64,000 bases of DNA from a bacterium (GCA_046757025.1 JBHHXN010000014.1:1070-65069), one strand, 5' to 3'; counted from the stretch's first letter, positions 38,780-49,476 are shown. Numbers and translations are program-made. The notes: a model not told the origin generated them from the sequence alone.

Positions 38780-40288
38780 GTGTCTCAGCACGCACAAACG
38801 AAAACCCATTTCACTCCCACGCCCAACATGGCGACTGGAAATCGCTTCACTTTCTATCTCAAGAAAATCATCCGAAAATCACGTTTTATTTTAACTTATA
38901 TTTGGGTGAAAAGCCTCGATGTGTTTAAATTTTTACCCATTCGTTTTAAGTTGAGTTTGATCATTGGCTCCATCGTGATCATCGTGGTCATGGTCTTTAG
39001 TCTTATTTTACTACAACGACAAAAAAGTGCCTTGCGCTCCCGCATGATCGAGGTCAGCGAAATTCTGGTTAAAAACTTTGCTGAGCCCCTGAAAGATGAT
39101 TTGTTGCTGGGTAAGCATGACAATGTTCAGGTGGCGGTGAACAAGCTCAAGAACTCGCATGTTGAAGGATTGCAGCAGATTCATGTTGTAAATCACCGCG
39201 GCAAATTAGCCGCTACCACCAATACGCATTTGTCCCAAAAGAATGTGTTGGATATCATTCAATTTCAAGAGAGAGATTTTATTGAGAAGCCGAGCTTATT
39301 TGAGTTTTATTATCCGTTGTACATGCCGGTAGATCAAGGACCTGCGAAGAACAATAAATTTTTAGGCACCGTCTATGTCAGTTTTTCGAAGAACGCCATC
39401 TTGGCGCCATTCAGGCAAGCTCGTGATATCGCATTCGGTTCGGCTTTGCTGGTCACATTTTTGTCGATAATTGGCATTTATATCGTGGCGAGAAAAATGG
39501 CTTTTCAAATTCAACAACTTTCGCGAGGTGCGCGTGAAGTGGGCAACGGGAACTTGAACATCGAAATTGCCGTGAATTCAAAAGATGAATTAGGATTGCT
39601 GGCCAAAGAATTCAACAACATGATTCATCACCTTCGTGAAAAATTGCAAATGCAAAAGTTTGTTTCAAAACTCACAGTACAGATGATTCAGGATACCGCT
39701 CACAAAACGGAAAAGAACGTCGTTGCCGTGAAAAGAAATGTGGCCATTCTGTTCTCCGATGTGAGAAATTTTTCGTCGGTGGCGGAAAAATTGGCCCCCG
39801 AAGAAATTGTTAAATTGATCAACGTTTATTTTGGTCTTCAAACTCGAATTATTGAAAACCACCATGGCATAGTCGATAAGTTTATGGGGGATCAAATTAT
39901 GGCTATTTTTGAAGGTCATAACATGGCAGATAGTGCTTTGAGAGCGGCGGTGGAAATTCAAAAACAAATACGACTGTTAAATCAGGATCGAAAAGCGATG
40001 CATAAGGTGATTCTTGAGATGGGAATTGGCATCAATAACGGCGCCATCGTGATGGGGCACATGGGTTCTTCACACCGAATGGATTACACGGTGATCGGCG
40101 ATGTCGTAAACGTGGCTGCCCGTCTTTGTGCCGCCGCAAAGGCGGGACAAATTATTACCTCACTCGAACTCGCCCGTCGAGTGAACGGTTCTTATCCTAC
40201 TACCCGCCTTAAATCGATTTCGGTTAAAGGACGCATAAAATCTATCGATGTTTGTGAAGTGGATTATGACCGGGACATTTTGATGTAA
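38780..40288 (+). CDS. Membrane-bound class III adenylate/guanylate cyclase with a periplasmic sensor region and a HAMP domain
   Basis: TM, ~150-aa extracytoplasmic segment, TM, then HAMP ('ISRGAREVGNGNLNIEIAVNSKDELGLLAKEFNNMIHHL'). The cyclase-homology domain reads 'VAILFSDVRNFSSV...FMGDQIMAIFEG...GIGINNGAIVMGHMGS...YTVIGDVVNVAARL'. The start may be internal, for example 38828. Confidence 0.8.
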   Translation: MSQHAQTKTHFTPTPNMATGNRFTFYLKKIIRKSRFILTYIWVKSLDVFKFLPIRFKLSLIIGSIVIIVVMVFSLILLQRQKSALRSRMIEVSEILVKNFAEPLKDDLLLGKHDNVQVAVNKLKNSHVEGLQQIHVVNHRGKLAATTNTHLSQKNVLDIIQFQERDFIEKPSLFEFYYPLYMPVDQGPAKNNKFLGTVYVSFSKNAILAPFRQARDIAFGSALLVTFLSIIGIYIVARKMAFQIQQLSRGAREVGNGNLNIEIAVNSKDELGLLAKEFNNMIHHLREKLQMQKFVSKLTVQMIQDTAHKTEKNVVAVKRNVAILFSDVRNFSSVAEKLAPEEIVKLINVYFGLQTRIIENHHGIVDKFMGDQIMAIFEGHNMADSALRAAVEIQKQIRLLNQDRKAMHKVILEMGIGINNGAIVMGHMGSSHRMDYTVIGDVVNVAARLCAAAKAGQIITSLELARRVNGSYPTTRLKSISVKGRIKSIDVCEVDYDRDILM

Positions 40289-40335
40289 TTCACTCGTCAA
40301 AGCTGGCTAAAATCTTTCTCCTCAATTTTTTTTCA

Positions 40336-42504
40336 ATGATCAAAGTTCAAGTAAAATATGTCCTTTTAACTTTAGGCGTGTTAAATTTAATATGCCTGTC
40401 CACCGCACTTGGTCAGTCAGACATAGAACCGTTTCGTCCCAATTCAGTCAGCACCGGTATGGGCGGTTCGCTGGTGGTTTTAGTACGGGACCCTTCAGCT
40501 ATCTACTGGAATCCGGCGCTGCTGGCTGGTTTGCGTGACCGCAGCATGCTCATCGATGTGAAAGAGCCGTTCGCATTCGACTTTGTAGGGCTCACGCAGT
40601 TTATTCCTCTGTATGGTACGTTTGGCGTGGGCGCTTCGCGCATTTCCACCAGCTCAAAAAATATCGATATGGGGACTTTTTCCTGGGGGCGAAAATTGTA
40701 CAAAAGCATCGCCTATGGCACCAGTTTTAATCTGGCAGTTCAAAATAACAAAATGTTTGCAACCGCTGGCTGGGGCTTGTTTATTGGAAATCCGCACGTC
40801 GGTGCGCTTGATTTAAGATGGCGTCACTTCAATAAATCAAAATTTACCGACTTGTTCAATTTTGCGGCCGTGATTCAAAACATCCCTTTGAGCAACCGAG
40901 TTTTCGATCCGGCGATTCAATTAGGCGTCAGCTATTTATTTCCCAGGGCCGGCTTGCTGTTCAATTTCGGATACCGCGTTCAGCAAAATAACAACGCCAG
41001 TCATTTTGGAACCGGTTTCGAGATTAGTAGCACCATCACCTTGTTTGCTGGTGTCGAAAAATTCGATTTGGACAAACTGGGCATTGGCCTGGGTTACACT
41101 CACGATAATTTTATATTCAATTTTGTATATTCTACCGCGCTAGATAAATTTCTGATCACGCTTTCTGCCAGAATTAGTCCGAAACCCCATGTCATGGCGC
41201 AGCCGCATTTTCAGCGCGGGACCCGGCATCTTAAGGAGGGTAATTATGCATTAGCCACAAAGGAGCTCAAGAAATATTTGGCGTACGATCTTTTTGAATC
41301 CAAAACCGACACCGCACGATTATTGGTACGCATGCTTGAAAAACGAATGGCGCGCCGGCAGCATTTGATCGATTCTTTGAATGTAGAAGCGGGAAAGCTG
41401 CTTGTGAAAGGGGAACGGCACTATTTAAGGGCGGCGCTGATATTGATCAAAGTGATAAAACTGGACGAAAATAATTTAAAAGCACACACACGACTTAAAT
41501 CACTAAAGCCGGTCATCGAAAAATTTATCAACAATTCGCTGGCTGAAGGAAACCAGCATTTTGAAAATGGAAACTATCAGAAAGCTCAAAGTGCTTTTAC
41601 CAAAGTGCTGTTATTTGATAAGAAAAATCAGAGCGCGCTGAACCATTTGAGTGAGATAAGAGACATATTTACTGAAATGAGCGAGGAAGCCTTTTTTAGA
41701 GGGGTTGGTTTTTTTCAACAAAGGGATTACCAGGCCGCGATTCGTGACTTTGAACAGGCTTTGGAGATCGATAAAAATATGGAAGCGGCGAAAAGTTATA
41801 TAAATAAAGCTCTGAAAAAAATGGCTGAAAACAAAAAGCAAATTGACATGCTGCTTGGAGAGGGGAGACGCTTGGAGAAGATGCGAAAATATATCGATGC
41901 GTACGCCAAATATCAAGCTGTATTAAAAGTAGATCCAAACAACACCATCGCCAGAGAAAAAATCGTCGAGCTGGAACCGAAGCAGAGAAATGAACAAAGA
42001 ATATTATTCAAATTAACTCAAGAAAAAAAACAGAAGCTTTTGTCGATTTTGGCAAAGGCCGAGGATTCACTAAAAAACAATAACTGGAAAAGTGCTGCTG
42101 AATTGTATGGGCGAGCGCTGGCCTTTGATCCCAATAACATCAAGGCGATGAATGGCTTGCGAGAGGCCAAAGTTAAACTTAAAGTGGATTCGCTGCTCAC
42201 ATCAGCCAGGACCAAGTTTGCAAGCAACCAGCTTCTTGAAGCGCAAATGGACTATGACAAAGTTCTGCAAATCGAACCTACTAACCAAAGCGGACGAAAC
42301 GGGTTCTCCGCCACTAAAGAAAAAATGGATAAGCTGGTGGAAGATTATTTTAATGAAGGTATCAATCTTTACAGCCTCGATCGCTACAAAGAAGCCATTG
42401 AAATGTGGAACAAAGCGTTGCAATTGAATCCAAAGCACAAAGGCTCCCTCGAATACAAAGAACTGGCGCGGGAGCGCTTAAAGGCCTTGCGCCAGATTAA
42501 TTGA
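40336..42504 (+). CDS. Secreted protein with an N-terminal β-barrel-like (outer-membrane) region followed by ~10 TPR repeats
   Basis: Signal peptide. The first ~280 aa has alternating hydrophobic residues and Gly/aromatic-rich β-strand character. The remainder is TPR-like ('NYQKAQSAFTKVLLFDKKNQSALNHL' and similar). Confidence 0.6.
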   Translation: MIKVQVKYVLLTLGVLNLICLSTALGQSDIEPFRPNSVSTGMGGSLVVLVRDPSAIYWNPALLAGLRDRSMLIDVKEPFAFDFVGLTQFIPLYGTFGVGASRISTSSKNIDMGTFSWGRKLYKSIAYGTSFNLAVQNNKMFATAGWGLFIGNPHVGALDLRWRHFNKSKFTDLFNFAAVIQNIPLSNRVFDPAIQLGVSYLFPRAGLLFNFGYRVQQNNNASHFGTGFEISSTITLFAGVEKFDLDKLGIGLGYTHDNFIFNFVYSTALDKFLITLSARISPKPHVMAQPHFQRGTRHLKEGNYALATKELKKYLAYDLFESKTDTARLLVRMLEKRMARRQHLIDSLNVEAGKLLVKGERHYLRAALILIKVIKLDENNLKAHTRLKSLKPVIEKFINNSLAEGNQHFENGNYQKAQSAFTKVLLFDKKNQSALNHLSEIRDIFTEMSEEAFFRGVGFFQQRDYQAAIRDFEQALEIDKNMEAAKSYINKALKKMAENKKQIDMLLGEGRRLEKMRKYIDAYAKYQAVLKVDPNNTIAREKIVELEPKQRNEQRILFKLTQEKKQKLLSILAKAEDSLKNNNWKSAAELYGRALAFDPNNIKAMNGLREAKVKLKVDSLLTSARTKFASNQLLEAQMDYDKVLQIEPTNQSGRNGFSATKEKMDKLVEDYFNEGINLYSLDRYKEAIEMWNKALQLNPKHKGSLEYKELARERLKALRQIN

Positions 42505-42683
42505 TTTGCAAAAAAATGGCGGATTTTGATTTCTTTGAACCCATTCCACGCTGTTGAGAATGTTCCAACCGTAAACGAGGCACGTACAAAACATCACATT
42601 GAGTAATTTTTAGTGGATTTTTTGGTGACTTTTTTGCACATTGTACGGTCAAGTAAATTCATAGCACTCAACAAGATTTTTGC

Positions 42684-43397
42684 ATGAACGTTTTTACAAA
42701 CATTGCCGAGCAGCGTATCGTGCAAGCTCTGGAAGCAGGCGAATTTGAAAATTTGCCCGGCTCGGGCCGGCCATTGAACCTCGATCAGGAGTTTAATGCC
42801 AATAACGAACACCGTCTGGCCTTTATCATTTTAAAAAATGCCGGTTATTTACCGTCGCCGTTGCAAATTCGCAAAGAAATCGAGCAAAAACAACGAACCT
42901 TGCAAGAGGTTATTGAACAGTGTCGCCAGCGGACACAAAACTATAAACATTTTCTGGACTCTGAATTCAAGATACTTGGTGCGGTTAGCTCAAAAAATAG
43001 GTCAAAGGTTGCGAATAAAAATGGCGATGCTTGGCAGGAAGGATGGCGGTCGAAATTCATGTTGGCAATTGCCAAATTGGGTGGACGAAAAAATAAAAAA
43101 CAGGAATCGGCTTTGCGTAAAATTTCAAAGTATATTTGCGCTCACAACGCCACTGTTCAATATTGTCGATCGCGCTACATCGAAATTCTGGAAGAGATAA
43201 ATCGAAAAATAGCCGAATTAAATAATGCGTGTATTAAAGAAGAGGGACAAGGCACGCGGAAATCGATGCAATTGTTGGCTTTGCCATTTATCGATGTGGA
43301 AGCCAAAGTACAGGAATTTTGTACAGAGTTCGAGTGGCTCAATCTCCCGAACGATGATGAAAATGGCGAGAAAATGCGGCCTCAGGAACTTCAGTAA
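42684..43397 (+). CDS. DUF1992 (DnaJC28-like) domain protein
   Basis: 'IAEQRIVQALEAGEFENLPGSGRPLNLDQEF...RLAFIILKNAGYLPSP' matches the DUF1992 signature. Confidence 0.6.
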   Translation: MNVFTNIAEQRIVQALEAGEFENLPGSGRPLNLDQEFNANNEHRLAFIILKNAGYLPSPLQIRKEIEQKQRTLQEVIEQCRQRTQNYKHFLDSEFKILGAVSSKNRSKVANKNGDAWQEGWRSKFMLAIAKLGGRKNKKQESALRKISKYICAHNATVQYCRSRYIEILEEINRKIAELNNACIKEEGQGTRKSMQLLALPFIDVEAKVQEFCTEFEWLNLPNDDENGEKMRPQELQ

Positions 43398-43415
43398 ATT
43401 CCTAGCGTTTAGTTA

Positions 43416-45512
43416 ATGAATTTGTTAAGTATATTCAAACCTTTAAAATTTATGCAATTTCGCAATATTTTTCTTTTCGTCGTCCTCGGTCTGTTTATCC
43501 CCTCTTGCGCCTATTATAATACGTTTTACAACACCAAAAAATATTACAAAGAGGCCCAAAAAGAACGCGAACGCCGCAAGGGAGATAAACCCTCTTCTAC
43601 TGAATTGAACAAATACAATCAAACCATCGAAAAAGCTTCAAAAATATTGGAAATATATCCGAACAGCAAGTACGTTGACGACGCCGTGTTGATTCTGGGC
43701 GAATGTTTTTATTACAAGGGCGATTATGTGAAAGCCCAGAGAAAATTTGTGGAGTTGACGACTTACTTTCCCGAAAGCGACTATTTTCAGAAAGGGCGGC
43801 TGTGGCTGGCGAAAACGAAAATCAAACTGGATGATTATCTCGGAGCGAAGTTTATTCTGCAGGAGCTCATCGAGGGGTCGAAGATAAAAAGAGATATCCG
43901 TGATGAAAGCCGTTTTTTACAAGGTGAAATTTATTTTGATCAGGGACGTTACCCGGAAGCCGAGAAAGAATTCAAGATCGTTGCGGTTCAGGCTAAAAAG
44001 AAATCCATCAAGGCAAACGCCTATTTTCAATTGGGTCAGAGTCATATCAATACGAAAAAATATCAGGAAGCGGTGGACAGTTTCAAAAAAGCGCTGAAAT
44101 ACAGTCATAATGAGCCCTTTGCATTTGAGGCGGAATTGCATCTGGCACGGGCCTGGATGCTGGCGGGGAAATTTAAAAAATCCAAAGAGGTGTGTTACAA
44201 TTTACTGGAAACCGATGTGCAGAGGGAAAAACTCGGCTTGGTAAAGTTGCAAATTGCCGAATGTATTTACCGGGAAGGCAGAGATATTTTTAAGCGGTTA
44301 AAGGGGGCGGATGTGACCTACTTGGGTAAAATTGAGGAAGCGCTGGATGAATACAAAAAAATTACTCTGGAGTATAAGCGCACGGATATTTCGGCCCAAG
44401 CTTATTTTCAGATGGCCAAAATTTATGAAGAGGATTACGGGGATTTTAATCTGGCCAAAGAAAATTACAACAAAGTTAAATTGGAATATACCAAATCCGA
44501 GTATGTGCCCATCTCCCTGGAGAAGGCGAAAAACATTAGCGATTTGATCCGGCTGAAAGGATCGGTAAAAAAGTCACAGGGATTGCAGCTGAGCCGCGGG
44601 GATAATGCGCAACACAATTTTTCAGAATTGGAGCTGCTGCTTTTGGAGCATGGCGTGCATCCTGAGCTGCGGTTTATGAAAAAGCAGAGAAAATTGGCAG
44701 CCGAAAACCAAGCCGCGGTGGCAGAGCCTCAAAATAAAGATGATGATCTGGACGCCCTGGTTGTCAGCAAGCTGCAATTGGCGGAAGTGTATTTGTTTCA
44801 ATTTGGTCAGGTGGATTCGGCATTGTTTGAATACAACGAAATTGCCAGACTGTTCCCAGAGCACCGGGGGGCGGCTAAAGCGCTCTACTCCAGCGCATTT
44901 ATTTATGAGAATGAATATTTGAACAAATTTAAAACGGACTCTCTTTTGTATGTGCTCATCGAACGGTTTCCGGATTCCTATCAAGCGAGGGAGGCCAGAA
45001 AAAAATTAGGTTTGCCGGCCACCGTCATCAAAATGGATCCAGCGGAGGACCTCTACAAACGGGCGGAATCCATGCTTTTTACCATCAACAACGTGGTGCG
45101 AGCTCGCGCCAATTTTTGGGAGATCATTGAAAAATACCCCGAATCAATTTACGCACCGAAAGCGCTTTACGCCCTGGGCTGGATTTACGAAAACATCTCA
45201 TTTGAAAATGAAAAGGCCATCGAAATTTATCAAAAAATATTGGATGATTACCCTAAATCGGAATATTCAAATGCCGTAAAAAAGAAGTTGAGCGAAGTTG
45301 AGCGAGCATTAAAAAAACAAGAAGCCGCAGCTCAGAAGGCGCAAATGGAAGCCAACGGCAAAACAAACGAGTCCGAAACGAAAGTCAAATTAACAAACAC
45401 AAAAACTCCGAATCCGAATGACAAACCACCGGCAGCCAATAAAACGACCATAAAAGAGCCCGTACCCCTCAAAAACAATTCTAAGAAAAAATCAAACAAA
45501 CCTATTCCTTGA
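43416..45512 (+). CDS. TPR-repeat lipoprotein with a Lys/Pro/Asn-rich C-terminal tail
   Basis: Lipobox-like 'LGLFIPSCAYY'. Multiple TPR-like 34-mers. The C-terminal region is low-complexity. Confidence 0.65.
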   Translation: MNLLSIFKPLKFMQFRNIFLFVVLGLFIPSCAYYNTFYNTKKYYKEAQKERERRKGDKPSSTELNKYNQTIEKASKILEIYPNSKYVDDAVLILGECFYYKGDYVKAQRKFVELTTYFPESDYFQKGRLWLAKTKIKLDDYLGAKFILQELIEGSKIKRDIRDESRFLQGEIYFDQGRYPEAEKEFKIVAVQAKKKSIKANAYFQLGQSHINTKKYQEAVDSFKKALKYSHNEPFAFEAELHLARAWMLAGKFKKSKEVCYNLLETDVQREKLGLVKLQIAECIYREGRDIFKRLKGADVTYLGKIEEALDEYKKITLEYKRTDISAQAYFQMAKIYEEDYGDFNLAKENYNKVKLEYTKSEYVPISLEKAKNISDLIRLKGSVKKSQGLQLSRGDNAQHNFSELELLLLEHGVHPELRFMKKQRKLAAENQAAVAEPQNKDDDLDALVVSKLQLAEVYLFQFGQVDSALFEYNEIARLFPEHRGAAKALYSSAFIYENEYLNKFKTDSLLYVLIERFPDSYQAREARKKLGLPATVIKMDPAEDLYKRAESMLFTINNVVRARANFWEIIEKYPESIYAPKALYALGWIYENISFENEKAIEIYQKILDDYPKSEYSNAVKKKLSEVERALKKQEAAAQKAQMEANGKTNESETKVKLTNTKTPNPNDKPPAANKTTIKEPVPLKNNSKKKSNKPIP

Positions 45513-46342
45513 TGGCCAGCCACAATAACGCAGAACGTTTTGGAATTTATGACGGTTCCGTTTTATCCCTCAGCAATCTTTCCCATAAAATTTATTTGAT
45601 GCGGATTCATTGTCCACAAATTGCAAAAAAAATTCAGCCTGGCCAGTTTGTCAACATGAAAGTTGGGAGCAGTTTTGTTCCCTTATTGAGAAAACCTTTC
45701 AGCGTTTGCCGATGCAATCAGCAACGGGGCTGGCTGGAAATTCTCTGGAAAGTCGTGGGTGTGGGCACACAGATTTTGACGACTTACCGCCCGGGCGACA
45801 GAATCGATCTTCTGGGCCCGCTGGGAAACGGTTTCACCATTTCCAATGAGTTGAAACAAGCGGTGATGGTGGCAGGCGGCATCGGCGTGGCCCCTTTTCC
45901 TTTTTTGTGTGAAAGAGTAATTGCACACGGTGCAACCGTCGAGCTGTTTTTGGGCGGCAAATCCCGACAGGATATCGTTTTCGTAAAGGAATTCGAGCGT
46001 CTGGGAGTAGAATTGCATCTTGCCACCGAAGATGGCAGCGCCGGTGCAAAAGGATTGGTCACGGAACTGCTGCAAACTTCCCTGCGGGGAAAAGCCACCC
46101 ACGGTGGGATGGCGCTCTTTTGCTGCGGCCCGGACGGTTTACTCAAACGTCTGAGTGAGCTTTCGCAGCAAGAAAATTTCCTCACCCAAATTTCCCTGGA
46201 AACCATGATGGGCTGTGGCTTCGGCATTTGCATGGGATGTCCCGTGCAAATTACCTCATTAGACAACCGAAAACGGGTTTACAAATTGACCTGCGTTGAC
46301 GGCCCGGTTTTCGACGCACGACAGGTGGTCTGGCATGATTGA
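45509..46342 (+). CDS. pyrK: Dihydroorotate dehydrogenase (class 1B) electron-transfer subunit
   Basis: FAD/NAD-binding ferredoxin-reductase fold plus the C-terminal [2Fe-2S] motif 'MMGCGFGICMGCPV'. Confidence 0.85.
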   Translation: MMASHNNAERFGIYDGSVLSLSNLSHKIYLMRIHCPQIAKKIQPGQFVNMKVGSSFVPLLRKPFSVCRCNQQRGWLEILWKVVGVGTQILTTYRPGDRIDLLGPLGNGFTISNELKQAVMVAGGIGVAPFPFLCERVIAHGATVELFLGGKSRQDIVFVKEFERLGVELHLATEDGSAGAKGLVTELLQTSLRGKATHGGMALFCCGPDGLLKRLSELSQQENFLTQISLETMMGCGFGICMGCPVQITSLDNRKRVYKLTCVDGPVFDARQVVWHD

Positions 46343-47258
46343 TCTGTCGGTCAACATCGGACCCATAAAATTGAAAAATCCCGTGATGGTGGCTTCGGGA
46401 ACTTTTGGCTACGCCCAGGAAGCCAGCCCCCTGGTCGATCTGAACGCCTTGGGCGGAATCATCACAAAATCCATCACACCCAAAGCCAGAGCGGGCAACC
46501 CCCCAAACCGCATCGTAGAGCTGCCAGCCGGCATGCTCAATTCTATCGGACTGGCGAATGTCGGTGTGGAGAATTTCATCAAAGAAAAACTGCCGTTTTT
46601 ACGGACGCTGCAAACCGTTGTCATCGTGAATGTGGCCGGCGCCACGGAAACCGAATTTTTGACCGTGATAGAGAGGTTAAACGACGAAGAGGGCATCGAC
46701 GGTTACGAGCTGAATTATTCCTGTCCGAACGTAGAGGAGGGCGGTTTGGAATTTAGTCAGAATGAAAAAGTCGCCGCACGGGTTACCGCTGCCATCCGAA
46801 AAGCCACGTCCAGACCGTTAATCGTCAAACTGACGCCCAACGTCACGAAAGTGGGTGAAGTAGCCCGGGCAGCAGAACAGAACGGCGCGGATGCGCTGTC
46901 TCTCATCAACACCCTGGTGGGGATGTCGGTGGATATAGAATCGCGCCGTCCCAAAATACCAGCCGCGACGGCCGGGTACTCCGGGCCTGCCATCAAACCT
47001 GTGGCCCTGGCGAAGGTGTATGAAGCAGTGCAGAGTGTCGGCATTCCGGTGATCGGCATCGGCGGCATCATGAATGGCCAGGATGCGTTGGAATTTCTCA
47101 TCACAGGTGCCCGCGCGATTCAGGTGGGTACCGCCAATTTCATCAACCCGGCTGTGGGTTTGCACATTGTGAAAGAATTGCTGGATTACTGCAAAAGATG
47201 CCATCTGTCCGCCATCTCCGAGGTGATCGGCAGCTTAAAGGTGGGTGATGCCGAGTAA
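46335..47258 (+). CDS. pyrD: Dihydroorotate dehydrogenase (class 1B) catalytic subunit
   Basis: 'LKNPVMVASGTFGY', 'GGIITKSIT', 'VKLTPNVT' and 'IGIGGI' are present. The start is coupled to the pyrK stop (ATGATTGA). Confidence 0.9.
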   Translation: MIDLSVNIGPIKLKNPVMVASGTFGYAQEASPLVDLNALGGIITKSITPKARAGNPPNRIVELPAGMLNSIGLANVGVENFIKEKLPFLRTLQTVVIVNVAGATETEFLTVIERLNDEEGIDGYELNYSCPNVEEGGLEFSQNEKVAARVTAAIRKATSRPLIVKLTPNVTKVGEVARAAEQNGADALSLINTLVGMSVDIESRRPKIPAATAGYSGPAIKPVALAKVYEAVQSVGIPVIGIGGIMNGQDALEFLITGARAIQVGTANFINPAVGLHIVKELLDYCKRCHLSAISEVIGSLKVGDAE

Positions 47259-47508
47259 ATTAAAATTTGTTTTGTGGAAGGGATTAGTAAAATCCCGATT
47301 GACACTGGTCACCTCAATTTTAAAAATGCAACTGTTCAGCGTGTCCTGCAAGGCAGAAAATGACCGTAATGGCGTGTTTGCTTTTTAATTGGCGTTGCGC
47401 CAATTCACACAGGTTCGAAAGGTTAAACACCTTTTTAGCCGCGGCAAAATAGTGCCTGAACGAAAACACAATAAATGTCATCCTGAATGATCCCGCGCAA
47501 GCTATAGA

Positions 47509-47616
47509 GTGAAGAATCTCCAACCGACAAATTCGCAATTAACAGAAGGTTCGTGGTCATCGATTCTTCGTCGCTACGCTCCTCAGTCTGACAAAAACAT
47601 AGTTTTCGTTCAGACA
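47509..47616. repeat. Degenerate copy of the MITE/REP-like composite repeat. It ends in the hairpin GTCTGACAAAAAC-ATA-GTTTTCGTTCAGAC.
   Basis: It contains 'GAAGAATCTC' (47511-20), 'GATTCTTCGTCGCTACGCTCCTC' (47562-84) and the 'GTTTTCGTTCAGAC' terminal motif (47603-16). These are shared with 48684-48801 and 50724-50858. Confidence 0.5.
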
Positions 47617-47643
47617 AAAACTAATTCGATTTAAGGAGGAAAA

Positions 47644-48471
47644 TTGAGCTTAGAGAAATTTGGTGTACGTGCGTTAGTGACCATCATATTTGGTCCATTT
47701 ATCCTGTTCTGTGCCTGGAAAGGCGGCTATGTTTTTTTAACTTTAATGCTTTCCATCGTTGTTTTAGGATTGCTGGAATTTTATGATTTGTCGGTGCAAA
47801 AAGTAACCAATCCGCAAAGAATAGTGGGCACGGCATTTGGCGTTCTTTTGTGTTTACTTTTGTTTTTCTATCAATTAGAATTTTTGTGGCTGTATCTTAC
47901 CGCGGCCTTCATCGTGATGTTTTTACTGGAGCTTTTTCGAAATCAGGTAGCGCCGATTTTGAATGTAGCCACCACCATCATGGGCTTGGTTTACGTGGCG
48001 CTCTTTCTAGGATTTTTAATTTTGATTCGGGAATTGCCCGGCCAGATGCAGCGGGATTATCAGCTCGGCGGTTACCTCGTGATGCTGATTTTTCTATCGA
48101 CCTGGTTTTGTGACAGCGCAGCGTACATCCTGGGCTCCCGGCTGGGTAAACACAAACTGTTTGAGCGTGTGAGCCCCAATAAAACTGTGGAAGGTACGGT
48201 GTTCGGATTGCTATTTGCGATATTCACCGCCTATCTTTGTCACTGGCTTTTTTTGGATCAGTTGCAGCTAGCAGCGGTTTTAGTAATAGGGGCTATTTGC
48301 GGCAGCGTGGGTCAGTTGAGCGATCTGTTAGAATCGCTGTTCAAACGAGACGCCCGGGTGAAAGATTCGTCCTCTTTGATTCCGGGACACGGGGGGATTT
48401 TAGACCGTTTTGATAGTGAAATTATCATTGCGCCAGTCGTGTATATTTTCTTGCGGTTTGTGGTGTTGTAA
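47644..48471 (+). CDS. cdsA: Phosphatidate cytidylyltransferase (CDP-diglyceride synthase)
   Basis: Polytopic membrane protein with a C-terminal 'SRLGKHKLFERVSPNKTVEG...IPGHGGILDRFDS' CTP-transferase signature. Confidence 0.85.
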   Translation: MSLEKFGVRALVTIIFGPFILFCAWKGGYVFLTLMLSIVVLGLLEFYDLSVQKVTNPQRIVGTAFGVLLCLLLFFYQLEFLWLYLTAAFIVMFLLELFRNQVAPILNVATTIMGLVYVALFLGFLILIRELPGQMQRDYQLGGYLVMLIFLSTWFCDSAAYILGSRLGKHKLFERVSPNKTVEGTVFGLLFAIFTAYLCHWLFLDQLQLAAVLVIGAICGSVGQLSDLLESLFKRDARVKDSSSLIPGHGGILDRFDSEIIIAPVVYIFLRFVVL

Positions 48472-48683
48472 AAAAAATCGGTGGCATGCAAGCAGACTGC
48501 GTTGGCAGTCAAATACGAGCAGAAGACGTGGTCTCTCACAGCTTCCCTCTTTGTTTGTAAATATGGGACCGATTATTTAGGCGCTTAGCGCCCAACATCG
48601 AGAATTGTTGTCGATATAAGAAAGCGTCTAAACTTAAAATCGAAACGAATTAGAGGATTGAGGAAGGTGGGTTGCATACGATT

Positions 48684-48801
48684 GAGTGTCTGCCCGAAAG
48701 GCGTCCCGCTCAGCGGGAGAGCGAAAAATCTCATACTACAGAAGCTTGATTGAATGAATAACGTATGGTGGTCTGAGATTCTTCAGTCGCTTCGCTCCTT
48801 C
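48684..48801. repeat. Copy of the MITE/REP-like composite repeat
   Basis: 'GAGTGTCTGCCCGAAAGG' relates to the 50724 terminus. It also contains 'GCGAAAAATCTCATACTAC' and 'GATTCTTCAGTCGCTTCGCTCCTTC'. Confidence 0.5.
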
Positions 48802-49476
48802 TGAAGGACATTTTCTGAGCTAATTGGATAACCGTACTGTATATCTCATAAGTTCTTGTTAATCAATTTATAAGTTGTTTTTTATTTTACCTGATTAATT
48901 CATAGACCACGGAATGACACGGAAAAAGACACAGAAAATCAATGAGTTAAAAGATGAGTATTGCAGAAATCTTGAAAATAATTGGTTTTGATTCATGCAC
49001 GTCTAAGTTGCTGTTTTTTAAAATATCGGTGTTAATCCGTGTATTTGCGTGGTGAACAATTGAGGTTTAAAAATCTGGGCAAGGGAAAAAATATTCACAG
49101 GCCGTATTAATCAAACGAACCATTCAACAATCGTATTCGTTTTACGGCGTCAGTCCTCTTTTCGCAGTTGTGTCTGCAAAGGTAGCAGATGCCTTGTTTT
49201 GGATTTCTCAGAAATGGCCTCTGACTTTTTAGCGATACTGGCTACGGGTTTGACTTCAGGGAACCGGGCTTTTTCACCCCGACGGAGTGCGATCATCAAA
49301 CAAAGCGATGTTTTGCACTAAATCACCCCGTTGGGATGGCCTTTTTATCATCCATGGCCATCCCGAAATCCCCAAAAGTCCCGAAGGGTTGGAATGAAAT
49401 CTCATGAAATTGCTTTTGTGGAAAATTAAAGTGGTATTTAACTTCCAACTATTTTTGCTTTGAATTAACCGTTTTC

